From positions 1-64,000 of the forward strand of contig JAIPGM010000008.1 of the NCBI GenBank assembly GCA_021735655.1: DNA of 64,000 bases, in the 5' to 3' direction. Source of the stretch: Candidatus Omnitrophota bacterium. GTDB taxonomy: Bacteria; Omnitrophota; Gorgyraeia; Duberdicusellales; 4484-171. The first letter of the stretch is position 1. Every line of letters begins with the position of its first letter. The notes under the pieces were generated by a model. It was not told where the DNA came from and did not search any database. It was given only the letters and a program-made list of their open reading frames with translations. The position numbers and the translations under genes were made by a program. Below are positions 39,339-48,087 of the stretch, piece by piece.

Positions 39339-40526
39339 ATGCCGAAAAAAAAGAAACCTGACTATGGAAAAGGCTTAGAACAAGCTGCTAAGCAGATGAT
39401 TCTAATCCGCCGGGTGGATACTCTGATTAAGCTCATTTTACGAAGCATTATCAAAAATATAAAAGTTGAGCATGCTGGCCTTCTTTTGTATGATAAGTCA
39501 AAAGATGCTTATATAGTTACTGTTTCTAGGGGGAAGGGCGGAATAAAGATACCGGCCGGCCTTACTAAGATAAGCAAAGGTAATGCATTGGTCAGATACT
39601 TTACTGATAAAAAACTAAGAATTTTTGGTGAGCAACCCCTTATTTTGGAAAAAATAAGTGCTTATCTTAATTCTGAAAGGCCTAAAGGTACTAAAAATTT
39701 AAGAATTTTTTTAAGGGACGTAATCTTTCAGCTCTCACTTTATAATGCTAGAGCTTGCATTGCCGGGTTTTTTAGAGAAGAGTTAATATTTATTCTTTTT
39801 TTAGGTCGAAAGATTAATCTCAAACGATTTAATCAAGACGAGTTAGGATTTTTATCAGTTTTAAGTTCAGATGCAGTAATGGCTATTCAGAATGCCTGGT
39901 ACTTTCAGGATTTAGATAAACAGCTTCACAAAAACAAGAATTTATTTTTACAGACTGTTATGGCTTTAGCCACAGCGATTGAAGCTAAGGATAAATATAC
40001 TTCCGGTCATACCGAGCGGGTATCGCACTACTCTTTGCTTATAGCTCAAGAGATAAAAGCAGTGCGCAGTAATGCCCAAAAAGATTGGGATAGATTTTCA
40101 GAGGATTTGAGAATAGCCTCATTACTTCACGATATTGGTAAAATTGGCCTTCGCGAAGGAGTACTCAATAAGGAAGGTATTTTAACTGACGAGGAAAGAA
40201 GCGAGATGCAACGGCATCCTTTAGTTGGGTCGTCAATATTGAATCAAGTTGATGAATTTCAAGATCCTATTTTGGGGGTGAAGTATCATCATGAGCGATA
40301 CGATGGCAAGGGCTATCCTGAGGGTTTAAAGGGAAACAAAATACCTTTGATAGCTCAGATAATTGCCGTTGCTGATACTTATGACGCTATGACTTCCGAT
40401 CGTCCTTACAGAAGAGGGATGTCTAAGAAGCAGGCTATACAGGAGATTCGCAAGAACAAGGCTAAGCAATTTTCTCCTTTGGTGGTCGATGCTTTTTTAA
40501 AACTTTACAAAGAGGGAAAGATATAG
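39339..40526 (+). CDS. GAF-domain HD-GYP phosphodiesterase (c-di-GMP)
   Basis: HD motif LLHDIGKIGL, HHERYDGKGYPEGL (HD-GYP signature), N-terminal GAF-like region. Confidence 0.75.
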   Translation: MPKKKKPDYGKGLEQAAKQMILIRRVDTLIKLILRSIIKNIKVEHAGLLLYDKSKDAYIVTVSRGKGGIKIPAGLTKISKGNALVRYFTDKKLRIFGEQPLILEKISAYLNSERPKGTKNLRIFLRDVIFQLSLYNARACIAGFFREELIFILFLGRKINLKRFNQDELGFLSVLSSDAVMAIQNAWYFQDLDKQLHKNKNLFLQTVMALATAIEAKDKYTSGHTERVSHYSLLIAQEIKAVRSNAQKDWDRFSEDLRIASLLHDIGKIGLREGVLNKEGILTDEERSEMQRHPLVGSSILNQVDEFQDPILGVKYHHERYDGKGYPEGLKGNKIPLIAQIIAVADTYDAMTSDRPYRRGMSKKQAIQEIRKNKAKQFSPLVVDAFLKLYKEGKI

Positions 40527-40540
40527 TTTCGTTGTATAGA

Positions 40541-42109
40541 TTAGTTTTTATTCATCCCGCTTATTAAAGTGGGATATTTTTTTCGGAGAGGTCGCATAGC
40601 CCGGTCGAGTGCGCGTGTTTGGAGTACACGTAGGCCCTTTGGGTCTCCAGGGTTCGAATCCCTGCCTCTCCGCCATTTTTGAGAGCGGGCAATTTTGGCA
40701 ACTATACTGAACGGCTCGGACCAATAAAATGAAAGGTTTTTGTCTTTCAAAGTATGGTTCGAGCCGTTTGTTTTTAAAAAATCCCTTTTTTGCGACAGGT
40801 TTCCTTGCCAAGCGACAGAACCGGCTAAATTGCAAGAGGTAATGAAGTTTTTAGAGAGTTCGAGCCAGCCGCCGCTTTGTTTCTCTATCTCGCCAAGCCT
40901 TTCCTGTAAATCTTTCTTTTCATTGAGCAATTTAGCCTTCTTATGCTGATATTCTTCCTGCGATATATCACGCTCAACATATAAATCAATAAGCCTTTCT
41001 ATTTTGCCGTCAATTGAGCTAAGTTTATCTTGTAATTGGCGAGATAGAGAAAAAGAGGCTTTGCGATTAATCTCGGCTAATTCATCAAGGCGGTTAAAAA
41101 TAACATCTTTACCATTATCAGGGATAAACACCTGCATTAAGGCTTTATTAACTTGCTCAAGCAAAGCCTCTTCTCGAAGAAACTTTTGCGAACAACGCCT
41201 GATTTTCTTGGTACAACGATAATAAATATGGCCTTTTTGCATTTCAGCGGTAATTGAGCCACCGCACTCACTGCATTTAATAAAGCCTCGAAAGGCAAAT
41301 TTAACTTGGTTACGCTGTTGCGGCCGAGTTTTTCGGGATAATACCTCTTGGCACCTATCAAAAAGTTTCTTCGAGATGAGCGGCGGATGGCTGCCTTCAT
41401 ACATTTCGCCTTTAAACCTGATAACCCCATAGTAAAAAGGATTTTGCAACAGCCTTGCAAGTTTACTCTTATGGACAGGCTTGCCCTTTCTGCCGATTAA
41501 ACCCCAGGTTTTAACCTCCTGCATAAGCTCATAAAGTGAAAAGTTACCCGTGGCGTAAACTTCAAAAATTTTCTTAATATATGGAGAACGTTCAGCATCA
41601 GGAATAATAACTCTGGTTTTACGGTCATTAACATAACCTAAAGGAGCATAAATAGGCCATACGCCACGGCGTAGCTTTTCACGCATACCACGCCTAATAT
41701 TCTCGGAAAGATTATCTATATAATACTTAGATTGTCCAAAAGCGATAGAGAGCATAAACTTACCTTGAGCAGTGTTATCAAAGCGGTAAGTAGGAAAACG
41801 TAAGTCTTTTATAACCCCTAAATCAACCAAATAGATAATCTTACCACCATCAAGAGAGTTTCGGGCAAGCCTGTCCGGATGCCATGCCAAAATACCATCG
41901 GCATTACCACTTTCTAACTGCTGCAAAACAAACTCGAAGATAGGCCGTCCGGGACACTTGGCTGATTTGGCTTCCGAAAATTCATCAACCACAAAGAGGG
42001 ATTCTTTCTTGGCATATTCGCGCAACTCGTTTATTTGGGACTCAATACTAAGGACCTGCCTATCTTCGGCATCAGTAGATTTCCTGGCATATAAAAGATA
42101 TTTTGGCAT
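40541..42109 (-). CDS. Large serine recombinase (resolvase/integrase family)
   Basis: N-terminal resolvase catalytic domain (LYARKSTD...SIESQ nucleophile Ser), recombinase domain, zinc ribbon (CSECGG...YYRC), coiled-coil; the last ~45 codons run antisense through tRNA-Ser, so the tail includes the RDSNP translation of the T-arm. Confidence 0.85.
   Translation of the reverse strand: MPKYLLYARKSTDAEDRQVLSIESQINELREYAKKESLFVVDEFSEAKSAKCPGRPIFEFVLQQLESGNADGILAWHPDRLARNSLDGGKIIYLVDLGVIKDLRFPTYRFDNTAQGKFMLSIAFGQSKYYIDNLSENIRRGMREKLRRGVWPIYAPLGYVNDRKTRVIIPDAERSPYIKKIFEVYATGNFSLYELMQEVKTWGLIGRKGKPVHKSKLARLLQNPFYYGVIRFKGEMYEGSHPPLISKKLFDRCQEVLSRKTRPQQRNQVKFAFRGFIKCSECGGSITAEMQKGHIYYRCTKKIRRCSQKFLREEALLEQVNKALMQVFIPDNGKDVIFNRLDELAEINRKASFSLSRQLQDKLSSIDGKIERLIDLYVERDISQEEYQHKKAKLLNEKKDLQERLGEIEKQSGGWLELSKNFITSCNLAGSVAWQGNLSQKRDFLKTNGSNHTLKDKNLSFYWSEPFSIVAKIARSQKWRRGRDSNPGDPKGLRVLQTRALDRAMRPLRKKYPTLISGMNKN
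40585..40675 (+). tRNA. tRNA-Ser (anticodon GGA), class II with long variable arm
   Basis: Hand-folded: acceptor GGAGAGG/CCTCTCC, anticodon stem CGTGT/ACACG with loop TTGGAGT, variable-arm hairpin GGCCC-TTT-GGGTC, T-arm CAGGG-TTCGAAT-CCCTG, encoded CCA. Confidence 0.75.
40670..40702. repeat. 33-bp perfect inverted repeat, left copy (abuts and includes the tRNA-Ser CCA end)
   Basis: ccgccatttttgagagcgggcaattttggcaac; exact reverse complement at 42243..42275. Confidence 0.85.
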
Positions 42110-42242
42110 GGCTTAAACCTCCCTCTAAGGTTCTGTCGCTTGGCAAAGATGATTTCAGAGATTCTAAGCAAATCTCAGAAATTAGATTAGCGACACCGCA
42201 GGTGGAGCAAAGGAAACCTGGAAGCAAAAAAGTTGATTTTTT

Positions 42243-42275
42243 GTTGCCAAAATTGCCCGCTCTCAAAAATGGCGG
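42243..42275. repeat. 33-bp perfect inverted repeat, right copy
   Basis: gttgccaaaattgcccgctctcaaaaatggcgg; with the left copy it brackets only the recombinase gene. Confidence 0.85.
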
Positions 42276-42456
42276 TGTATAGGGGACGCAGTCCGAACCT
42301 TTTATGCAGCCGAAGGTGGTATTTAATGCCTATGAATTCGGCTGCTGTCTCCCTTATCGGCCCACGTGGGCCGATAAGGCATCCCTGCGGCCTCTCCCTC
42401 GCAAAAATCTATATATTTTTAATGCGGCGGCGGAAAATTTTTTTATTTTTTGTAAA
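42273..42456. repeat. 184-bp structured repeat element, copy A
   Basis: About 93% identical to the reverse complement of 48970..49153; contains a perfect 14-bp hairpin CCTTATCGGCCCAC/GTGGGCCGATAAGG and a 9-bp stem GCAGCCGAA/TTCGGCTGC; differences concentrate in a loop. Confidence 0.8.
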
Positions 42457-42730
42457 TAAGGAGTTTTTGCTCGGGTTCGGCCGCACCCCTTGCCACCTTT
42501 GTTAACATTGCGTATTTAATTATATGATATGGTGTTGATTAAGGCAAGTCATTTCCATCTTGGCAGGGTTTTCCTTATTCTGGTAGCCAGTGGCAAGGGG
42601 GCAGCCTCATCGTGGTGAAAGCCTGGCGTGGTTGGCGGTCTGTTCCGCCCCGCCTATACGGCGTGGCTTGGTGGTTATTGGAAAGTCTTCCTCAAACGCC
42701 TGCCTTCCGGCAGGCTTAGGCTTTCAGCCT

Positions 42731-42762
42731 AAAAATAAGAAAAGCCTGCTCTTCAGGCAGGC
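42731..42762 (-). terminator. Rho-independent terminator for the - strand cargo operon
   Basis: - strand GCCTGCCTGAAGAGCAGGC hairpin followed by TTTTCTTATTTTT. Confidence 0.55.
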
Positions 42763-42866
42763 GCTTTCGTCAGTCTTTTATTCCGCAGTAGCGGAATAAA
42801 AAATATACGACACAATCAATAAAAGATTTAAAAAAGTAAAATAAAAATAGGTAGGCTTAATTCGAA

Positions 42867-43079
42867 TTATGCTAATCCGTAATAATATATCTCTTGGCAA
42901 GGCTCTATCTCTTCCGTCTCTTCCTTTATTCTAGCATAAGGAAGGGAATTCTCATCTATTGGGGCATATTTACCTTCTTTAGTAAGGCAAAGAAACTCAA
43001 TTAATTCCTTCTCTTTTTCATCTTTTTTAGCATATCTTTCCTTATTTCTCATAATCTCACCGCCCGAATTATACCACAT
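42867..43079 (-). CDS. Small acidic hypothetical protein
   Basis: 70-aa ORF directly downstream of and co-oriented with the protease gene. Confidence 0.35.
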   Translation of the reverse strand: MWYNSGGEIMRNKERYAKKDEKEKELIEFLCLTKEGKYAPIDENSLPYARIKEETEEIEPCQEIYYYGLA

Positions 43080-43102
43080 CTTATAGACTTATTCAAGTAA
43101 AC

Positions 43103-44305
43103 TTACTCAAGTACCTTTTTGCCGATTTTTACCTCTAAATCATTCCTTATCCCACTCATATTTATTTCATAACCACAACTACATTTAAGTTTATTATCTT
43201 TCGGAAATGGGATACAACCTTTCTTCTTATAATCTTCATCAATCTTGGGATTGTGTGTGAACTTAGCATATATTTTATGCACTTTACCACATTTAGGACA
43301 CTTAGTATTTATTTCAACAACATCAGGTAATTTAGGCAAACTAGGTATTTTTAGTGGGGCGCTCATTGCGACAGCTTGTTTAAGCAACTTATCATCTTGA
43401 GTAGCAAAAATTTTATATGTAGAACTCGTAGTAAACAACAATCTGCAAACCGTCTGAATTCTGCAGACAATATCTTTTAACACAGGATCATCATCTACTC
43501 TAGTTATCTTTAGCTTTATGCTTTCAAGATCGTCTATCTTTATTGATCTACCATGTGAACGCCATTTACCATGATTTATTAACTCATCTACTATTTCTTT
43601 TGCTCTCTGCGCCTTCATTTCTTCTGTTACTTGAATCTTGTTGGTTTCTGTTTCTTTCCAATTTCTGAATTTATATTTTTTAAGCCACTCAACCACTAAA
43701 TCTTCAGCAAACTTAAGTGAGTGATAGACTCCTTTTAACTCACCAGGGCTTATTTGAGCTACCATAATGGCATCAAAAGGATTAAGTTTCCCTTTATTTT
43801 CGGCTTCCTTCTGTTTCTCATTTACCCACTCAATATAATCAAAAGCCGACATAGCACTTCTGCCGATTTTCATTTGGGCATCTATTGGCCCTAAACTACC
43901 TGTTTTAGTCATAAGAATTTCATCTCCGGACAAAACCATTATAGTACCAGCGCTCTTTGCTTCACCTGAAACAACAAAAGACACCCCGTCAAAATGAGAC
44001 CGTAAGTAATTTACTATTTCCTCAGCAGCCTCACCACTCCCACCAGGTGTTTCTAAATAAATATCAATCTTAGACGAATTTTCCTTATTTCGTAATACAT
44101 CAGCTATCATATAATAATCTTCTTGAGAAAGAGCTATATCAGGAATTGGTTTACCGATAGCGCTTGCAAATACTAATAAAAAGGAATCTCGCTTTTTATT
44201 ATATTTAGATATTAAAGCCATCAATTCTTTCTCTAATTCTTGCGCGCTTAACCTTTTGTTTATATATTCGGTCATTAAACTCATGAAATATCTCCTTAAA
44301 AACAA
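43103..44305 (-). CDS. ClpP-fold serine peptidase of the S49/SDH (SppA-like) family with C-terminal zinc-ribbon
   Basis: YLETPGGSGEAAEEI...SGEAKSAGTIMVLSGDEILM..GSLGPIDAQ resembles the SDH/SppA active-site region; C-terminal CPKCG...CSCG. Confidence 0.55.
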   Translation of the reverse strand: MFLRRYFMSLMTEYINKRLSAQELEKELMALISKYNKKRDSFLLVFASAIGKPIPDIALSQEDYYMIADVLRNKENSSKIDIYLETPGGSGEAAEEIVNYLRSHFDGVSFVVSGEAKSAGTIMVLSGDEILMTKTGSLGPIDAQMKIGRSAMSAFDYIEWVNEKQKEAENKGKLNPFDAIMVAQISPGELKGVYHSLKFAEDLVVEWLKKYKFRNWKETETNKIQVTEEMKAQRAKEIVDELINHGKWRSHGRSIKIDDLESIKLKITRVDDDPVLKDIVCRIQTVCRLLFTTSSTYKIFATQDDKLLKQAVAMSAPLKIPSLPKLPDVVEINTKCPKCGKVHKIYAKFTHNPKIDEDYKKKGCIPFPKDNKLKCSCGYEINMSGIRNDLEVKIGKKVLE

Positions 44306-44575
44306 TTATGTTTTTATACCTTTCAAATTCCCATTGGAGACTTATTTTATCGCAACTTTACTTTTTTTCAACATAAGATTTATACTAAAAATGAGCCCCC
44401 ACTCTTACAGGTGGGGAACTCCCACAAGCTTAGATATATATCTTTGTTATAAAAAAGTCTCTACTCATCAGACAGGCGTCTTCGTCAACCTTATATTCCG
44501 CAGCAGCGGAATATTCCTATATATACCCCGCCCATTAATGACGGTATTAATTATGCTTTGCATTCATATTTGTAA

Positions 44576-45361
44576 TTATTCAAATTCAAGTCTCACAGAA
44601 GCTTTATCACATTTTTTATCACATTTATAACAATTACAATTAGAAGTGTACCACTCAATATTTTTTCGTTCTCCAGGTTTTAATGGCTCACTTCCGATAG
44701 CGTATGTATAATCAGTATTAACTACTTTACCATATTCATTTTTATAGGTAATATGAAATTTAACATTTGTTACTGGTATTTGCGAACCATTATAAATTGT
44801 AGCCTTGCCTTCTACGCTATTTGAGTAACTTGAACCAAACGACCAATCTTCAATTATAACTTTCTGTTTCGCTTCTTCAAGTAACTCATGTTTTTCCATA
44901 TCAGACTTTGAATCATCAGATATATTGTTAAGTTTGGCGTCCGCTACAAACCCATAACTGTCAGAAATCTGCCACTCTGAAAATTTTTTTCTGACGATAA
45001 AAATAGGCTTCCGTTCGAGCTTCATTCCAAAGGCGTTAATTGTCGAGCCATAAACTTGAATCCAATATTTATCCTTTTCTTTTTTTAATGTTTTTAATTT
45101 CCATTTCTCAATTTTAAAATAAGAATATTTTCCCACTAAAAATAGATTTATAGAATAACTCGTATCAAAATATTTTGAAATTTGTTCTAAATCTTGTTCA
45201 TTTAAATATTTTAAAGCAAGATTGACAGTCTTTTCTCCATTATTACTAAAGAGACTATCAATTCCTATTTTTATTGTTTCCCTATTAAAATACCCTAATA
45301 ATATAACAGCTAGTAAGAGAATAAAAATAACGATATGTTTAGCGCTTACATTAATTGTCAT
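44576..45361 (-). CDS. Membrane-anchored/secreted hypothetical protein with Cys-rich C-terminus
   Basis: N-terminal signal anchor; CNCYKCDKKCDK tail. Confidence 0.4.
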   Translation of the reverse strand: MTINVSAKHIVIFILLLAVILLGYFNRETIKIGIDSLFSNNGEKTVNLALKYLNEQDLEQISKYFDTSYSINLFLVGKYSYFKIEKWKLKTLKKEKDKYWIQVYGSTINAFGMKLERKPIFIVRKKFSEWQISDSYGFVADAKLNNISDDSKSDMEKHELLEEAKQKVIIEDWSFGSSYSNSVEGKATIYNGSQIPVTNVKFHITYKNEYGKVVNTDYTYAIGSEPLKPGERKNIEWYTSNCNCYKCDKKCDKASVRLEFE

Positions 45362-45423
45362 TAAATCACTCCTACATTTCTACATTTAATTATAATCTAT
45401 TTAACTTTCTAATAACTAACTTT

Positions 45424-45627
45424 CTATTTTTTATAATTCCAGTCCGTCATTTTATCACTTATGTATTGCTTTAGCTTTTGGTCAAAAATAATCATCATTT
45501 TAGCTTTTGAGTTTTCAGCTAAATCGGCGATTTCTTGAAAAATATTATCAATATCTGAGTTTACTTCTTCAATAATATTCTTGATCTTTTCGCTGTTGTA
45601 GCCTAGATTCATAAGGAATGAGTGCAA
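45424..45627 (-). CDS. Small hypothetical protein
   Basis: 67-aa ORF, co-oriented. Confidence 0.3.
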   Translation of the reverse strand: MHSFLMNLGYNSEKIKNIIEEVNSDIDNIFQEIADLAENSKAKMMIIFDQKLKQYISDKMTDWNYKK

Positions 45628-45771
45628 TAAATTCTCTGTTTCGCTTTTGACAAAATCAGGCCTTTCATCTAACCAGCCTTATTCAAATATATTAAACCAT
45701 CTTTCCGAAATATCCATTTGCTCTCTCATATTATCATCTTTTCATGCTAACATTTTATATTGCCTTACAGG

Positions 45772-45969
45772 TTATTCCAAACAGTTTTTTAGTTTGTTTA
45801 CGCCTACCTGCGCTTTACAGAAAGGACATATTATGCAATTTTTGTCGCTATTGAACAGCTTCTTTAAATTCTCTCGGGCAATCATTTCTTCACAATAAGG
45901 GCATTTAAGAAATTCGGAATCCATGAAACCAAAAAACCCGCCAATGAATTTAGGGTCAATAAAACTCAT
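45772..45969 (-). CDS. Small zinc-ribbon protein
   Basis: CPYCEE...CIICPFC; start overlaps the stop of the upstream HEPN-like gene (ATGA). Confidence 0.4.
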   Translation of the reverse strand: MSFIDPKFIGGFFGFMDSEFLKCPYCEEMIARENLKKLFNSDKNCIICPFCKAQVGVNKLKNCLE

Positions 45970-46529
45970 TGAGTATGGATGCTCTTTTTATTCTTTATCC
46001 AGTCAGATGGAATTTTCCCATAGAGCCTATATATTTCAAGAATTAATCCTTGAACTGTTTCTAAAACACAATATACCGCCCGTGATTCGGGCCATCCCAT
46101 AATAGGTTTAGTGTCATCTGATACGTTCAAATGAACAAGGGCATTTCGTATATTTCTAGCTTCTTTGAAGTCGTTCATTAGATTTCTACTTATATTTTTA
46201 CCATTACAAATTTTTGGAATCCACCTTTGCAATTTTTTTCCCAATGAAACAAATCTTTCTTTTCTTTCTCCTGTAAGGAATTCCTGCTTTTGTTTTGGCA
46301 AAACTTCATTATTTGATACGTATTCTTGAGCAAATTCATTTATAATAGCTTCCAATGCTGTAAAAGCAAAAAGAATAGAAGCAGCCGAAAATCTTCTATA
46401 TTTTAACCTGCCATCTTCTGGTTTAATTTCTTCCGTTCCAAGTGCAGGCATCCCTTGAAATTCTTCATTCATTCTTTCTGCAAAATATTTAGCGTCATTT
46501 AAAAATAATTCGTGCCAATAGTTCCACAT
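45966..46529 (-). CDS. HEPN-like (Rx4H) domain protein, Abi-like
   Basis: Alpha-helical 187-aa protein with ARNIRNALVHL (R-x4-H) motif near the C-terminus. Confidence 0.35.
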   Translation of the reverse strand: MWNYWHELFLNDAKYFAERMNEEFQGMPALGTEEIKPEDGRLKYRRFSAASILFAFTALEAIINEFAQEYVSNNEVLPKQKQEFLTGERKERFVSLGKKLQRWIPKICNGKNISRNLMNDFKEARNIRNALVHLNVSDDTKPIMGWPESRAVYCVLETVQGLILEIYRLYGKIPSDWIKNKKSIHTQ

Positions 46530-46702
46530 TATTTTAGTCGATACGGGTCATTACAAATTTAGTAAAAATAACGCTAAAGCGTAGTATTAAACCTAGAATC
46601 CACCCAGAAATTCCATTTCATTTAAAAACCATATTATTTGTTAAGTTTTATTACGCAATTTTGATAATTAGCTAACCATCTATTCAATCAGTTTACGCCA
46701 AA

Positions 46703-47803
46703 TCACAAATAAGTGCTAATTAACTTTGACAATTCACCCCTATCTATTAACTTTATATTATTAGAACTCGCCAACTTTATAGCCGAACGAGTAAACTCAT
46801 TCGTTGTAATTACCATACCTTTATCTGCTTTGTAATGCTTAATTGCCGCAACAACTTCCTGCACTCCTCTATTAGTTACTTTATTATTATATCGTTTTGC
46901 CTGCACTACGATTTTTTCTCCGAATTTTTCAACAACTAAATCTGCCCCTTGATCGCCAGACAACTTTGTATTTTCTACCTTATATCCCATTTTTTTAAAA
47001 AGTATATTTAGAAAATTTTCAAATTCATATCCTGTAGCTGAATCTAAATCGTATATCGTTAAAGGTTGATGCTGGCTATTGTTCAGTTGTTTTTCAAAAT
47101 GTTCAAGCTTTAGCTTTTGCCTTAATTCATCTATTCGCTGCCTCAACACTTCTTTATCAACAGGATAATGTTTCTCCTGTAATAGACGTTGAAAAGAATC
47201 CATATAAAGCAAGTAGTTTTCACCACATAACTCCAGAAAACGCTTTAAAAAAGATTCTATTCCATCAGGATTATTATGCATCATCTTAGCTTTGAAATTC
47301 ATATAATTCTGTTTATCTAATTCACTATCTATTAAACCCCTTAATTCTTCAATATCAAAATTAAAACCTTTTTCAGCCATCAAATCTCTCAAGGTATTAA
47401 GTTCTTCACCGGGTATATTAAGGCTGCAAGAAGTATAGTTGTGTTTTGCTGAAAAGTTTTTTATATATTTGTAACTTTCACTGGAAAGCAACCTTTCTCC
47501 CTCTTTCTTAAATTCTTGTAATGCAAATTGTCTATTTATACGCCATACAATCCATGACACCAATGAAACAAATAATAGTAGAAAGAAAGGTATTGGAAAT
47601 GTTCCGACCAGAGCTATAACTAAAATTCCAACCAAAATTGCAATTGCTGTTACCTTTCCTATATTATCATCCAAAACATTCAAAACGTCCTTCCAGTTTG
47701 AACCTGGCAAATCACACAACTTGATTCGTACAAAGATAGCACTGGCAATAATTCCGGAAAAAATTCCTATATATGCTAAAATATTTTGAGAAATTGAATC
47801 CAT
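46703..47803 (-). CDS. Membrane-anchored restriction-endonuclease-like protein (N-terminal TM helices + C-terminal Mrr_cat domain)
   Basis: C-terminus aligns with Mrr catalytic domain: LFKKMGYKV...SGDQGADLVV...VVQAKRY...GVQEVVAAI...KGMVITTNEFT..AIKLA. Confidence 0.6.
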   Translation of the reverse strand: MDSISQNILAYIGIFSGIIASAIFVRIKLCDLPGSNWKDVLNVLDDNIGKVTAIAILVGILVIALVGTFPIPFFLLLFVSLVSWIVWRINRQFALQEFKKEGERLLSSESYKYIKNFSAKHNYTSCSLNIPGEELNTLRDLMAEKGFNFDIEELRGLIDSELDKQNYMNFKAKMMHNNPDGIESFLKRFLELCGENYLLYMDSFQRLLQEKHYPVDKEVLRQRIDELRQKLKLEHFEKQLNNSQHQPLTIYDLDSATGYEFENFLNILFKKMGYKVENTKLSGDQGADLVVEKFGEKIVVQAKRYNNKVTNRGVQEVVAAIKHYKADKGMVITTNEFTRSAIKLASSNNIKLIDRGELSKLISTYL

Positions 47804-47917
47804 ATTTTTATCCTAAATAATATTCAAAATCACCTGCATTCTATCAATTTAAGCGAATTTTTGCAAGATTTCTAGTTTATCGAGCAGCTTAAACCAATCC
47901 GCCTAAAAATACAAAAA

Positions 47918-47960
47918 ACCTTCGCCATTTCTAACGAAGGTTTTCTTTCTTTTAGCGTCC
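47918..47960 (-). terminator. Bidirectional-looking rho-independent terminator
   Basis: CCTTCGCCATTTCTAACGAAGG hairpin with T-runs on both sides. Confidence 0.5.
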
Positions 47961-48087
47961 TGGATTTAGTCCTTCCAACACGGGACTTTTGCCTGATTGT
48001 CATTTTCAATATAGCTCTGGTTTCTGATTGTGTCAAGGGAAAAAGTCGTTGCTATTCGCTACCCGCCTATCTTATTATCCATTTTAT

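Noticed and set aside
40548-40835. 95-aa - strand ORF overlapping tRNA-Ser(GGA)
   Set aside because: It is the antisense translation of the tRNA and the 33-bp repeat (the shared CQNCPLSKMA peptide comes from the repeat). It is not a gene.
42273-42456. Possibility that the 184-bp structured repeat or the GC-rich segment is a c-di-GMP or cobalamin riboswitch
   Set aside because: The conserved GEMM (GGCAAACC...GGACGCAAAGCC) and B12-box (GCCACUG in correct context) signatures are absent. Only vague resemblances were found (GGUGAAAGCC).
42233-42505. 90-aa ORF (and its twin at 48882..49169 on the - strand) with near-identical protein sequences
   Set aside because: Both lie entirely inside the two 184-bp inverted repeat copies plus the 33-bp repeat. 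They have no RBS and are GC-skewed. They arise from the same DNA repeat read in the same relative frame, not from a duplicated gene.
44440-44500. CUGAUGAG on the - strand resembling a hammerhead ribozyme core
   Set aside because: No GAAA box or stem II/III arrangement follows. The motif is part of the terminator hairpin (GUCU...AGAC) of the repeated 3' element.
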